Assembly (NCBI RefSeq): GCF_006345805.1
Contig: NC_043002.1
Span: 64,108,001 to 64,172,000 of the forward strand
DNA length: 64,000 nucleotides
Reading direction: 5' to 3'
Source of the DNA: Octopus sinensis
Taxonomy: Eukaryota
Each line of letters begins with the position of its first letter. Positions within the stretch are counted from its first letter, which is position 1. The notes under the pieces were generated by a model. The model did no database searches. It had not been told where the DNA came from and saw only the letters and a program-made list of their open reading frames with translations. Positions 1 to 12,999 of the stretch are shown here, piece by piece. The translations under genes were made by a program, and so were the position numbers.

Positions 1-299
1 TTTGGAATTAATTGCTTCAATAAAATATACTTTGAATTCAACATTCGGCAGTAATAATTTCCTCACACTCTTTACCTGCTTGTAATTTGCTTCATCAGAC
101 TCCAGTATTCACAAGCATTTATACCACTGTTATTCCACAAATGAACACATTATTTGCCCATTTGGCATTTCAGTAACCTGGTTCTCTTCAAAACACTCTC
201 ATTCTATTATCAAAATAGCGAACTTTTCCAGTTTGCATTCCATTTTTACGTCATTAGAGAAAATACGAACTTTATCTACAATGCTTCCCCAACAATATT

Positions 300-419
300 A
301 TTGTTGATGTTGTTGTTATCATCGTCGTCGTCGTCATCATCATCATCATCATCATCATCACCATCATCATCATCCTTATTACTATCATTATTATTATCGT
401 TGTTGCTGGTGTTTTAGTT

Positions 420-473
<54 letters not shown>

Positions 474-490
474 TTGCTACTACTACTTTT
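300..490. repeat. Trinucleotide microsatellites (TCG/TCA)n and (TAC)n
   Basis: Directly visible tandem triplets. They explain the poly-S/L ORF at 154-417. Confidence 0.95.
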
Positions 491-689
491 ATCATCGCCG
501 ACAAAATGTGTAGGATTCGCAATACGCTTTTACGCTTAACTTAACAGATAATTTAAAATAAATATTTGATAAAATTCCAAACCGCATTTTAAATATTAAA
601 GTATGATACGTTTGTGAAGCCAGAAATATGTCAGGGTAAAGTTATCATCCAATTCGAAGATGTCAGGCATCGTTATAGCTATCACGCGT

Positions 690-761
<72 letters not shown>

Positions 762-906
762 ACACATACACGTACAAACACTCACATACTACAGGATAAA
801 CATAGAGATGCGTATACATGTGTACAGACAAATAAATACACATATGTATATAATATGTGTGAATATATATGTATGGGGCCAGTGAGAGTAAGAGACAGTT
901 TATACG

Positions 907-958
<52 letters not shown>

Positions 959-962
959 TGTA
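690..962. repeat. (CA)n and (TG)n microsatellites
   Basis: (CA)n at ~690-770 and (TG)n at ~910-960. These represent dozens of TA/CA/GATA/ATGT tracts across the window. Confidence 0.95.
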
Positions 963-1510
963 AACGTGTATTCAAATAATGCACCGAAGTGGGGAAAAAT
1001 AGATTTATGCAGGTTTTGATAACATGAACATAATTTCAACAAATTGGGAGTAAGACATGTGAAAATGTACTCCTTTCTCTCGTAATTATCATCACTTCAA
1101 ACCTTATCTTTTCTTCTCAAAGTCAAATGTAATAAGTGTATATGGAATTAATGTGAGAGCGTATATGTGTATATGCGTGTAGAAGTTTAAAGAAGTTCTT
1201 TCTTTTATTTTTTTTAATAATACTAATGGATTTGCAAATGGTTATGTATGTAATATACGGGGTAAAAATGAATATATATTTACGAGCAGAGCATATTTCG
1301 ATAGTACTTCAGAAATGCCGACGTTTGTTTGAAGATTATTGATTTTTCACGTATTGGTAAAATGCATCAAATCACGACGAGTTGGAACACGTCATTCTTG
1401 ATTCGACATAATTATGTCTTATCTTTCTTATGCTGACACGTGTTCATAAGCAATATGTGTGCTTCAGGTTTGCATTGAAATGAGAGTAAGCAGAAATATA
1501 TTATGTGCAT

Positions 1511-1555
<45 letters not shown>

Positions 1556-1649
1556 ACATATACATATATGATGTGCATATGTATACATATATGCATACAT
1601 TTAGAAAGCACGCACACACACACACATATATATATTTTTTTTTTTTTTT

Positions 1650-1858
1650 TTTGTCATTTGACTGCGGCCATGCTGGAGCACCGCCTTTAGAGTGGTGAAA
1701 GAGTACAGCAGGTATCACCACCATCCCCTGCCGGAGCCTCGTGGAGCTTTTAGGTGTTTTCGCTCAATAAACACACACAACGCCCGGTCTGGGAATCGAA
1801 ACCGCGATCCTCCGACCGCAAGTCCGCTGCCCTAACCACTGGGCCATTGCGCCTCCGT
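1650..1858 (-). mobile_element. Chimeric tRNA-derived SINE: family B head fused to family A 3' tail
   Basis: The reverse complement starts GGAGGCGCAATGGCCCAGTGGTTAGGG (A box) and continues GGTTTCGATTCCC (B box). It matches 45950-46226 and 55255-55545, then switches to the tail GGCGGTGCTCCAGCATGGCCGCAGTCAAATGAC seen at 26040-26075. Confidence 0.85.
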
Positions 1859-1866
1859 GTATGTAT

Positions 1867-2053
<187 letters not shown>

Positions 2054-2832
2054 ATATATAATATATATATATATACATATATACACGTGTGTATATATAC
2101 ATATATTTACATATACATATATATTTATAGACAGATAGGTCTAAGAACGCAAATATACTCACAGGAATATATACATGCCCGCATATACATACGAATGTGT
2201 TTGTGGGGTTTTTTTCCCGTTTATTTGTTGTAAATTTACAAGTTATATGCAAACATGAAAGATTTAACGGCGTTCCAAATATTTTCTAAAGTTAATCAAA
2301 TGGTTCTCGAGAATCAGACGTGTTGTCCAACAACTATTAAACCTGCAAAAATAATCTCGTGAATATGAAACAAAAGTAGAGCAACAAATTTTCCATACTA
2401 ATAACATTGTGACATGCTTCTGTGATAACGACATGCCTAAGTGATAACGACATGCTTAAGTGATAACGACCTCCCCCTCTGAATATAAGCTGGTGCAAAA
2501 CAATAAATATTATCAACCTGCCAAGTAAACTTTATTGCCTACTTACATTCTTTCGTGAACCCTTAAACACCAATCCCCTAAAAGCTGGTAACCCAGTAAA
2601 GTAACCTAATTTTGGATGACTGGACTGAACTCCAAGATTTATCCTTCACATTCTCACAACAAAGGGCAAATATCCTATTAAAATCAACATTAAAGCAGCA
2701 ACAACCAAATCAAATGAAAAATCTGCTGAACAACAACCTATCTACGTTATTTTGTGGACTCGAATCAACTGAAGCCTACATGCTGGAAATTATTAAACGG
2801 CAACGCGCCCATTCAATGATAATACAATATTT

Positions 2833-2972
2833 CCAAATTCCGCCGAGGCCGACTTTGCCTTTCATCCTTTCAGAGTCGGTAAATTAAGTACCAGTTGCAT
2901 ATTGGAGTCGATCTAATCGACTGACACCCTCCAACAAAATTTCGGGCCTTGTGCCTACAGTAGAAAAGAATA
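2833..2972 (+). mobile_element. SINE family C, 5'-truncated
   Basis: AAATTCCGCCGAGGCCGACTTTGCCTTTCATCCTTTC...AAGTACCAGTTG is shared with 7679-7925 and 8186-8402. Confidence 0.85.
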
Positions 2973-4329
2973 TTTACAATATTCACGGGAAGATTTTTTG
3001 AACAGACATTTCTTGAATTTCTGAAATGTGTACTTTTAAACCTTGTGTAGATATTTTAATGCTCATGAGAATGGCTGTTTCTTCTACCAAGCAAAATTCG
3101 CATGCATGAAGAAGTTCTAACGAATAACGCATTCTAGAATTCAAGAATAAAACTTCACCATACCATATTGTCATATTAACCTGGCATGCAAGATCGTATG
3201 CATATTGTCATTAGCTACGGGTAGTATCTAATATTAATATCTCATTTTATCTACGTTACCTGGTATTTTAGCTCGGTTTAAGTATATTTCATCATGTGCC
3301 AGAGGCATATTGCAGCTATTTTGGGTCTGTACTTACTTGGAAGCATTTTGATAATCATATCAAAACTAGCTAAATTGTAACAAATATAGAATAATTTGCA
3401 AATTTAAGATTAGAAAACATTAATGACATTTACTCGATTAGAACTATAAATTTCTTTTTGCTCTCTACTTCCAAACTGTGCATTGTGGCTAAAAGTTTTA
3501 AAGATGAGCCTCGAACATAAACCACGGATAAGAAATTCATATTGTTTGGCTATTATGACATTCTGCATTGCGTAACATGGAAAATGAAAGTATGTCAGCA
3601 GTTCATATTCACTTGGTTAAACTTCTTATTCGATGGGCAAGAGTATTATAGCGATAGAAAGTTAACGATGTCTGTTGTATTTGGGAAGATTCACACAAAG
3701 AAATGCTTAGCCCTATGTACAAATTCCAGTAATCCAACATTGATTCACACCGAAGAGAAGCCTAATCCACATGATTGAAGAATCCACAGAGTCGCAAGAA
3801 ACGCCAAATATTAGTTAAGTATGACACGTTTTATCTTAATAATTATGATGCGCACTCTTAACTCTTAACTTTACTTTTCCTTCCTCCATGCCTGTCTCTC
3901 TCCCTCTCTTATTCTTCATCCTTTCTGGTTTTCTCTCCCGCCCTTCCCTATTCTTCTAATCTCTCTTTCGCCCTTCTCTCTCTCTCTCTCTTACTCATCC
4001 TCCCTCTCGTTGCTGACACGTGACCAGAGGAACCAGCTGGAATTGCAAGGATAATCTGGAATTCGGCTGAGGAAAGAAAACTCCGAATTACATTGTTTTT
4101 TCATGTCCCTTTATTGTATCATCTAACTGTCTGAATGTTCCGCATTCTTCTCCCATTGTTGTATTGCTATATATATATACATGTACAAATGTATATATGC
4201 ATATATATACACACACATTTGTATATGTATATACACATTTTTCTTTGTTTCCATAATTTTAAGCAGTCGTGTGTATATACATATATGTTTGTGTACTTAA
4301 TTATATAAATGTATGTATATATACCTTTC

Positions 4330-5432
4330 TAAAAGATAGAAGTCAAGAAGAGGTGGCCAATGAAGCCACCTGAAAGGAAACACGAATAGTAGGTGGCGTT
4401 CCACGTGAGACGTTCTTAGGTTTCCTGTTATTCATGCCCTAAGCTTTTGAGCTAGCCACACTATTACTAACTCAGTAGTTAATGTAAAAGGTCTCTCAGG
4501 GTTTTCAGAACCCTGGAAATATTGTGCATCTGTAGTGGAATATACAGGTGGGCTGAGAACAATAACATGCAGTTTAATTCTGAAATATTCCAAAGTACTA
4601 CGCTAGCAGCACAAAAACCCGAACGAAATGCAGACAGGATTCACTGGCCCTGGAGGAATCGCAATCCGTCAATCAAAATCAGTGCGTGAGATGAGCATGG
4701 TCATGAGTAGTGATGCATCATGTAAAGTGTATATTACCAATTTGGCAGTAAAATGCAAACGGCTCGTTGGATGGATCATCCGAAATTTCAGAATGAAAGA
4801 AGAGGAAACCACGATGGTCCCTTGAAGGACATGTATTGTCAGCCGCTTAGACAACTGCTCTTGACGATGGTTACTACACAGTATACAATTAACCGATGAA
4901 CTCGAAGCAATCCAGCGGAGCTACACAAAGAAAATCGTCTCAATGAAAAAGTGTCAGCTAGTGGGAAAGACTGGAAAAGTTAAGATTCTACTTCCTGAAA
5001 CAATGGCTGGAAATATGCAGTGATGCACATCTTGAAGGTCCTCGACGAACTTTTAAAAAACGTTACGCAGAAAGCAGAACGGAGTGCGGCTTCATGGTGC
5101 CAAAGATCTCAACATCACCATCAAAATACAGGACCTTATTATGCAACAGCTAAGTTTTCAAAGGGTCACAAATCTACAATAACTTTCCAAATGCCTGCAT
5201 TTCCACAACCTGCATGTTGTGGATGTAGGTGTCATCAAAGAAAAACTGGATATCCTCTTTTAAGGGTTCCGGATGAATCTACCTTACCTCAGGGAATACA
5301 GATGAAAATAGCATCATCAAACTCTCTCGTTTACTACATACCACATAAGAAAGGAAGTTTCAAATAATGAAGGTGTGGCAAAGCCAACGTTGGTGCCCCA
5401 GCCTGGCCGCAGCTTTCGTGCTGAAACCGGAT
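4330..5432 (+). mobile_element. Degenerate 3' half of a CR1-group LINE (same family as 40538-44240)
   Basis: Decayed KDRSQ..ANEAT and GGVPRETFLGFLLF (=SGVPQGTVLGPLLF), TGPGGIAI..QS.SVRE, and the 3' end GGTGCCCCAGCCTGGCCGCAGC...GCTGAAAC are colinear with 43090-44226. Confidence 0.9.
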
Positions 5433-5559
5433 GAATGGTTAAAGAGTTATATATATAAAAGTATATCTACGTGTGCGTGTGTATGTGCATATCATATATC
5501 AATGCGTAGAATTGAATACAATCTATCATATTGTTTCATATACATAAGTCTATCTATCA

Positions 5560-5694
<135 letters not shown>

Positions 5695-6410
5695 CGCATA
5701 AGTTTATATAAGTACTCCTGACGATGTATACGTATGCACGTATACATATATGTACAAACATGTAATTGCTAATGGAAAGCAATAGAGAGAGACAATGAGA
5801 GCGAATGACAGATGCTTCTATCATATGACAAACTGCCAAAAGCAAATGACACTTCACCTGATCTATATGCAAAACATGAAAACAAAGATTTTCGGTAGCC
5901 ACTTACAAATATTATTGTTGCACGCTTGTGTATGTATAGCAGTTAATATCATTTTAAGAATAGTTACATACATTAAACATATTTACAGAAACCGTTTATT
6001 TGTGATAAACCGTTACTTATAGCTATAAGAGGGATTTGTTTCTTAAATATATATATGTATTCTGACGTACGAAAAATGATTTGAATGATATATTTATTCT
6101 ACCTTATCATACAGGCGGGGAAAATTCAGACTACCTGTTATGATTTTTACTGAATTTTACGCGATTTTCAGTCAGAATTTAGGTAGCATTTAATATTTAT
6201 TGCTTAATTGTTACATTCATCAGACTGTTGCCATGCTGGTGCGCCACTTTGCAGAGTATTTAGTCGAATGAATGGACCACAGTATGTATTTTGAAAGCCC
6301 GGTACGTATTCTCTCAATATCTTTTGCCGGGCTGCTCTTATTTGAGAGGAAAACAACCTAACACCGGATGCCAAGAGGGTAAACACACACACTTATATGT
6401 ATATATATAA

Positions 6411-7631
6411 GGTTGAGTAAAAAGTAAGCAAACTGTTGAACTCTGAAGAACTTGTATCAGTTTTTGGCCGAGATTAAAATGGTTTTGAACATTGCTTGTA
6501 AATGTCTGATAATAGAGACATAGACATTCCGAAATGCATCGATAAATGGATATTGCTGTTTTTTGCCGTTCTTACAATCATCTGAAATGGAACTGACAAA
6601 GCCCGGTATTCGAGAAATTTTGCTATTCAATTTCAAAAAAGGACTTAAAGCAGTTGAAGCCATTCGCGATATCAACAAAACGTTTGGTGAGGAAATGACC
6701 AATGAGTTGTCAGCTCGAAAATAGTCTAAAGAATTTCGCAGTGGAGATCTGAGCCTTGAAATTCGTGAGCTAAGTGGAAGCTCATCTGTCATCGAAGACC
6801 GTCATTGAGAAAGGTTCACGTAAAACCAGTCATGAACTTGCAAAAGAATTTTAAGTTAGCCAGAAAACTGCCTGCAATCATTTGCATGTGATCGGAAAAT
6901 CAAAAAAGCTCGACAAATTGGTACCACACGATTTGAATGAATATCAGAAAATGCGCAGATATGAAATTTGCTCGTCGCTTCTTCTCTGTAACCAGACCGA
7001 TGTATTTCTCGACCGTATTGTAACTTGCGATGAAAAGTGGATTCTGTACAATAATAAAAATAATGTTCTTTGCTGTGTTTGGACCAACATCAAGCACGCA
7101 AAAGCCTTCCATAAACCCGAGCTCTTCAAAAAGAAGAGTATGGTGATTGTTTGACGACCCATAACCTTAAAACCCGGAAAAACTTTACTGCAGAAACATA
7201 TTGTCATGAAATTGCGAAAATGAACGAAAAACTGCTACTTCTCCGTCCCAGACTGGGCAACGGAAGAGAGCCAATCATTCTTCATGACAATTCTCGACCA
7301 CACGCTTCACTAATGACGCTCCAAATGTTAAGGGAATTTGGCTATGAAATTCTTCCCCGCCTAGCTTATTTTCCAGGCCATTCTCCTGCAAACCTTGATG
7401 GCTTCCTGCGAGAGGAGTTCAAACATCAAACCTATGCTGAAAATACGTTCAAAGAGTTCATCAACTCCAGAAGCCCAAATTTTTGTTATCAGAATAAACG
7501 AACTTTTAAGTCGGTGACAAAAATGTGTTGATTGTAATGGTACATATTTTGATGAATAAAATTTCCGCATTGTTGAAATATATTGCGATGAATTTCATGT
7601 TTCAAAACGTTGCTTACTTTTTAATCAACAT
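6411..7631 (+). mobile_element. Mariner (DD34D) transposon, full length, transposase pseudogenised
   Basis: Imperfect TIRs GGTTGAGTAAAAAGTAAGCAA / TTGCTTACTTTTTTAATCAAC, element ~1.2 kb. ATG at 6587 (MELTKPGIREILLF), LVPHDLN (WVPHEL motif), TCDEKW and HDNSRPH. There are 34 residues from the second D to the third catalytic position (now N). Contains stops and frameshifts. Confidence 0.93.
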
Positions 7632-7632
7632 G

Positions 7633-7678
<46 letters not shown>

Positions 7679-7680
<2 letters not shown>

Positions 7681-7925
7681 CTGGCGAGCTGGTAGAATCG
7701 TTAGCCGGGCGAAATGCGTAGCCGGGCGAAATGCGTAGCCGTATTTCGTCTGTCGTTACGTCCTGGGTTCAAATTCCGCCGAGGTCGACTTAGCCTTTCA
7801 TCTTCTCGGGGTCGATAAATTAAGTACCAGTTGCGCATTGAGGTCGATATAATCGACTTAATCCGTTTGTCTGTCCTTGTTTGTCCACTCTGTGTTTAGC
7901 CCCTTGTGGGTAGTAAAGAAATATA
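7679..7925 (+). mobile_element. SINE family C, full length, with an internal 17-bp tandem duplication
   Basis: GGCGAGCTGGTAGAATCGTTAG (A-box-like) and GGGTTCAAATTCC (B box). GCCGGGCGAAATGCGTA occurs twice at 7704-7737. Confidence 0.9.
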
Positions 7926-8185
7926 TCAGTTACCGTATATGAAATCTGCTATCCTCTCACAAAGCTTTCGTAGCCCCGAGAGTAAAGTTAAAGAAAACGA
8001 CTGAGGGTGACACGCAGTGGGAATCAAAATTCGTATCACACAGCCACGCATGTGCCTATATTAACAATTCTGCAGAAATAAAAACATTAGATAGAAAGTT
8101 CTCTGGTGAGATACGCGTTTGTAATAACAGTAAACGTTCTAACTAAACACATGACGAATTTAGTATGACAATAAACAGTATTACC

Positions 8186-8402
8186 TTGGCGGCGAGCTGG
8201 CAGAATCGTTAGCACACCGGGCGAAATGCTTAACGCTGTATCGCGTATCTTTATATTCTGAGTTAAAATTCCGCCAAGGTCGACTTTGCGTTTCATTCTT
8301 TCGGTGTATATAAATTAAGTACCCGCTGCGTACTGAGGTTGAAATAATCGACTGGTCTCCTCCTCAAAAATTTCAGGCCCTATGCCTAGAGTAGAAAAGA
8401 AT
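8186..8402 (+). mobile_element. SINE family C, alternative-tail variant
   Basis: Same head and central block as 7679-7925. Its tail AAATTTCAGGCCCTATGCCTAGAGTAGAAAAGAATA matches 2935-2972. Confidence 0.88.
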
Positions 8403-8955
8403 ATTTAATAGGACTGTTATGTTTTTAAAACGAACAAACGTACGTCAGATGGAATTTGTTGTGCGGCAACGGAGAGCTATCTTCGTCACTTATCCACAAA
8501 ATAAATATCGTAATAACATTTACTTCAAGGGAAAAACAAATTGCACAGAGACAAATATACATTCTGCGCCAGTAATGCAAAAGCATTGAACTAATAATTA
8601 TTCTTTTCAAAGAGAAATAACATATTCAACGTTTATTTGTATAACAGTAAATAGCAATATACGGAAATTGTTACCAAGTGTTCTTCAAGAACAGTTTTCA
8701 GATGAACAAGTCTCTCATTTAAACAATGTAGTATTGAAAATATTATTTTGAACACTTAAATAAATACAACTTACCAAAAATTTACTATCTGTTGTTTATT
8801 AATATGCACTTGGATATACATAACACTACACATCCATTCACATAAACATTTATGTACAAATATGGTGTGAGAGAATGTGTGTGTGAGCGTGCATAAGTTA
8901 GTATGTATATGTTTATGCATATCTATATACGTATACATATATGGATATATGAATT

Positions 8956-8997
<42 letters not shown>

Positions 8998-9170
8998 TAC
9001 ACACACATTTATAAATATACGTATATATGCATATGCAGATACGTAAATAGATAGACAGACAGACACATAGACATATAGAGATAGATAGATAGATAGATAG
9101 ATAGACATAGGTAGATATATCCAAAGATAGATAGTTAGATAGACAGACAGACAGACAGACAGATAGACAA

Positions 9171-9202
<32 letters not shown>

Positions 9203-9211
9203 TATATATAT

Positions 9212-9298
<87 letters not shown>

Positions 9299-9314
9299 AA
9301 TAGATAGATAGATA

Positions 9315-11120
9315 ACTTTCTTTATTGACCTCGCAGGCATGAACATAGAGGGGACAAATACACATGTAGAGCTTTTCTTTTCAAAAATGAAAAAGAAAAA
9401 GGAAAAAAAGAAAATTCCCATCAGAAGGGGTCGGGAGACAAAAAAGGCGATCAAAAGGGATCGTGTATCGCAGAAGAATGTTTAAAATTAGATTTATCCG
9501 TGGAAAGAAAAGCCTACAGAAGAGACCACGGTAGCCTCAGTCAGGGAGGGAATAAAAGCATGAGAGCAAAGTGCTCTCTCTCTTTCTCTCTCTCTCTCCC
9601 TTCAATTTATAGTATCATGCTCAGAGTGATTTCGTCACTCGCACGCACCATCTTTGCAACATTCACCCATCTTTTTTGTGAAACTTTCACGAGACAAAAC
9701 CTGCCTCTCCATTCGCACCTTCCTTTTCAAGTGGTACTTGAAAAAGTTGATGAGCAATTGGCCAGAGAGGTAAGTGTTTGTCTCTAAACCTTTCGCTCGA
9801 GTTCACCACATACATTCTTTCACCACGGCCACCTGTAGGATGAAGACTACGTTGCCTTCCTAGTTGAGGGAAGGTGGCGGAGCAATTGTCACGATAGACT
9901 CAGCCGACAGACGGACTCGTCCCATACATGACAGCAGCCGTTCGGCATAATCCCACAGGACCGAGATGGTTGAATACTGCACGCGTCCGTGGATCTTTCT
10001 TTAGCAGTACCACTGCTACTCGCTTTACAAAGACGGGTTTCCTCCTGTTTTGCCGCCAATTGCAATAGACAGCTGCCAACCCGCCTCCAAACAAGTCTGG
10101 CATATGACAATAAAGTTCTTAGGGCAGACCATCGAAGCCTGGTGACTTGTCTCTCGCGCAGCCACCCATCGAATCCGGTGTTGATCGTGGGCCAAGCTCG
10201 CTGCCAGTTAGTTGGACGCGATGACAGTTCAAAACGCCTCTTCCCATTTCATAAAAAGGTCTCCCTCTATTCTATTTCGGTCTAATGCTAGGGACTTACT
10301 GTATCTAATCGATTCTGCGTTAATTGCTTTCTTTACGGCATACCATCATCTGCTGTTGATGATTGCACCCATCAAAGTTCTCTTAACTAATGTGCTAATC
10401 CCGTCCCTGCAAGCCTGTCGTGCCTTGAACGACGCGTTTAGCCTCCAGTAACCGGGACTTTGCCTAAGTCAAGTGTACAAGTCACAATTTTGTGGTCTAC
10501 TGTCCCACAGAATACTCTAAGTACGATCTGGACGACCCGATGCGGTTGCTCTATGTCGACATTGGCACATTCGAGACGTCTGAGAAGGTCTTTGAGATAT
10601 TTGCATCCCCTCCTATTACTATCTCTGCCCAGGTAGTCTAGATGCATGTCCAGGTTCGCGTTCCAATCCCCTACTAAAAGTAAAGGTCGAAACACTCTTA
10701 GGAAAACCTCTAGACGTCGAAAGAAATCTGGCCGGCCTGTTAAGGATACTGCATAAACTGTTATTAGACGAAAAGCACACCAATTGCTGCCACCGACATC
10801 GAAGACGACCAGCCTACTCTACGGGTCTAGGAAAATTGCTCTTAATTTGAGGTCCAGACTCCTCCGCCCATTCTCGGCAGACACGGAGAAAAATAAATGT
10901 CGAAATGTTGGCCGAACATGTGCCGGAGTGCATGCGGGCTGTGGGGGCTTGTCTCAATGATGGCTATGATATGCAGATTTAATGACTTGACGTCGTTTAA
11001 CAGGTAACCTTGGTTCCAAGGGGAACACAAGTCAGGTACATTTATACTACCTATTTTGAGCATGTTCCTATCGATGGTTGTGTTTTACACTCGAAAGGAA
11101 GACGAAAGAGGAAGAGATCT
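9315..11120 (-). mobile_element. Tx1/L1-clade LINE, RT deleted internally, inserted in (TATC)n
   Basis: APE endonuclease motifs MLKIGSINV..IIAIIET, LLVGDWNA and a W-KLNAS-like linker, then a jump to the C-terminus ...KRWVNVAKMVR...LSMIL*. The 3' UTR has AATAAA just before (TATC)n. No RT motifs are seen. Confidence 0.8.
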
Positions 11121-11253
<133 letters not shown>

Positions 11254-11857
11254 TCAATAAATAATTCGTCCAATTGTTCTAAAAAGAAAAGCTATGCTGA
11301 TATTTTGAAATCAATTTGCGATTGCATTACTCTATCACACCAATGCACACATACGTACGCTCCTGTCTCTAAAATGAGTCAACCATCCTCTCTCAACTAT
11401 ATATTTGTGCGTTCTTCTTTCTCAGTCTATGCTTGTAAGTGAATATATATATATATTTAAAAGTAGAAAGAATAGCTATAACTCTTTGACTGCTATTTCT
11501 AAATTCGGTGTGTGGTGAGGCAAATCGTTGCTAAACCCTTAATTACTTAGTATTGCTTAAACTTTCCTCGAACGAGGCTTTTACATGCCGAAATCTACTT
11601 GGTGAAATTAATTGATTATTCCAAATTAATTAGATTTACCCTATTTTATTACTTATATGTATATATATGTATATATGTATATATATGTATATATATATAT
11701 ATATAATTTATGTGAAATAGAAAGATGAATAATCTTGTAGTAGATTAATCAAAAGTTTAACCGATACCTTAGTAGCAAAAATCACAGCAGTAAACAGCAC
11801 GGTTGGAGGTACGACCATCTGGCGTTGCAACCGTGCGTTGGTGCGGATAATTGAAAT

Positions 11858-12158
11858 TAAAACATTATTGGTGAATTGAAGAAATGGAGCTGAACGCAGA
11901 TTGAACAGAAATCGTTTTATTTCATTCTACACGTGTTTCGAAAGGCACAAAGTTCGATTTGTTTTTGTTTTTGCTCCGCCTCTGTTCTGTTTTTGTTTTT
12001 CCAACGGATTTCCTTTTTTCTTCCTGAAGAGAAAGACACAATATGGTCCCATTATTCAATCGGATTTTGGTAATTTGTGCCTTTCGAAACAAGTGTAGAA
12101 TGAAATAAAACGATTTCTGTTCAATCTGCGTTCAGCTCCATTTCTTCAATTCACCAAT

Positions 12159-12167
<9 letters not shown>
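11858..12167. repeat. ~93-bp inverted repeat (11858-11950 / 12075-12167), Penelope-like terminal remnant
   Basis: The arms are near-perfect reverse complements (AAAACATTATTGGTGAATTG...TTTCGAAAGGCACAA). A hammerhead motif overlaps the spacer and right arm. Confidence 0.9.
12016..12105 (+). ncRNA. Type I hammerhead ribozyme motif (C3-G8 core, GUA site)
   Basis: CTGAAGA 12024-12030. Stem II GAAAGACACAA/TTGTGCCTTTC (10 of 11 paired). GAAA 12086-12089, short stem III, GTA ending at 12097. Stem I 12016-12023 / 12098-12105 has one mismatch. Confidence 0.75.
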
Positions 12168-12198
<31 letters not shown>

Positions 12199-12999
12199 TT
12201 ACAAATATGTGTGTGTAGAAAGAGAGAGAGGTAGGGAGAGATAGACAGATACATAGGTACATAGACATGTAGATAGATAGATGTATATATATATATATAC
12301 GTGCGTGTCTGTGTGTGTGTGTATGTACACGATAAAATCAAACATGCAATTTGATTTTAGAATGTAATATTCCAGAGTACAGAGCACAATTCATTTCCTC
12401 CAGTACTGAACCTACTCTCTCATTACCTACAAGAGATCAAAATATCTAATAAGATATAAAATACATTCAGCATATTGCGGTTTGCAATAGTTTTCGGGAT
12501 TAGTAAACATTATTTTATAAAACGTGGAGAGGGATGAGAATTTTATAGAAAAAACAATAACTTAACATGATAATTTAAAAAAAAAAACATAATAATTTAA
12601 AAATGAACAATAACTAAAACAAACTATGAAGTATGTTTCAAAAACGGTAAGGTATGGAAAGTTATTCTTCCACACATAAGTATTAAACAGCAATAAATTC
12701 ATAAGCTGTTTTTCTTTTCTTTTTTTTTTTAGGTATTGATGCCTCCGCATTCTTTTTCATTGAACTTTGTAAAGAGTACACATATTTTTTGAAGGGCATT
12801 ATTCCTTTCTACTTGTTATATTTCGGCGTGGATTTGCTCTTAATGGTTCTCTAAATACCCTCCAACTAATGAAAAATCGATGAAAGGAAGATGCTAATGT
12901 CTATGATCAAAAATTGTTACGTCTGCTAATTTGATTTCGCGGCCGTATTCAAAGTAAGTTCTTCAGAAAACTCTGGATCAATGACCCCTGATACGTTAC

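Noticed and set aside
1780-1858. tRNA genes at A/B-box-containing segments (also 25075, 26540, 46150, 55480)
   Set aside because: No full cloverleaf or acceptor stem, and each continues into a repeated SINE body.
4060-4100. CTGAGGA...CGAA motifs at 4068 and 40049
   Set aside because: GAAA is mutated (GAAT/GAAC) and stems cannot be closed. The two loci share a repeat but no intact ribozyme.
5718-5760. CTGACGA followed by a perfect 9-bp hairpin (hammerhead-like)
   Set aside because: No GAAA follows stem II, and the hairpin is made of low-complexity TA/CG repeats.
8440-8580. WNLLCG peptide reminiscent of the SLC22 'EWNLVC' motif
   Set aside because: Only a 6-residue resemblance, no good donor site, and the downstream residues do not fit.
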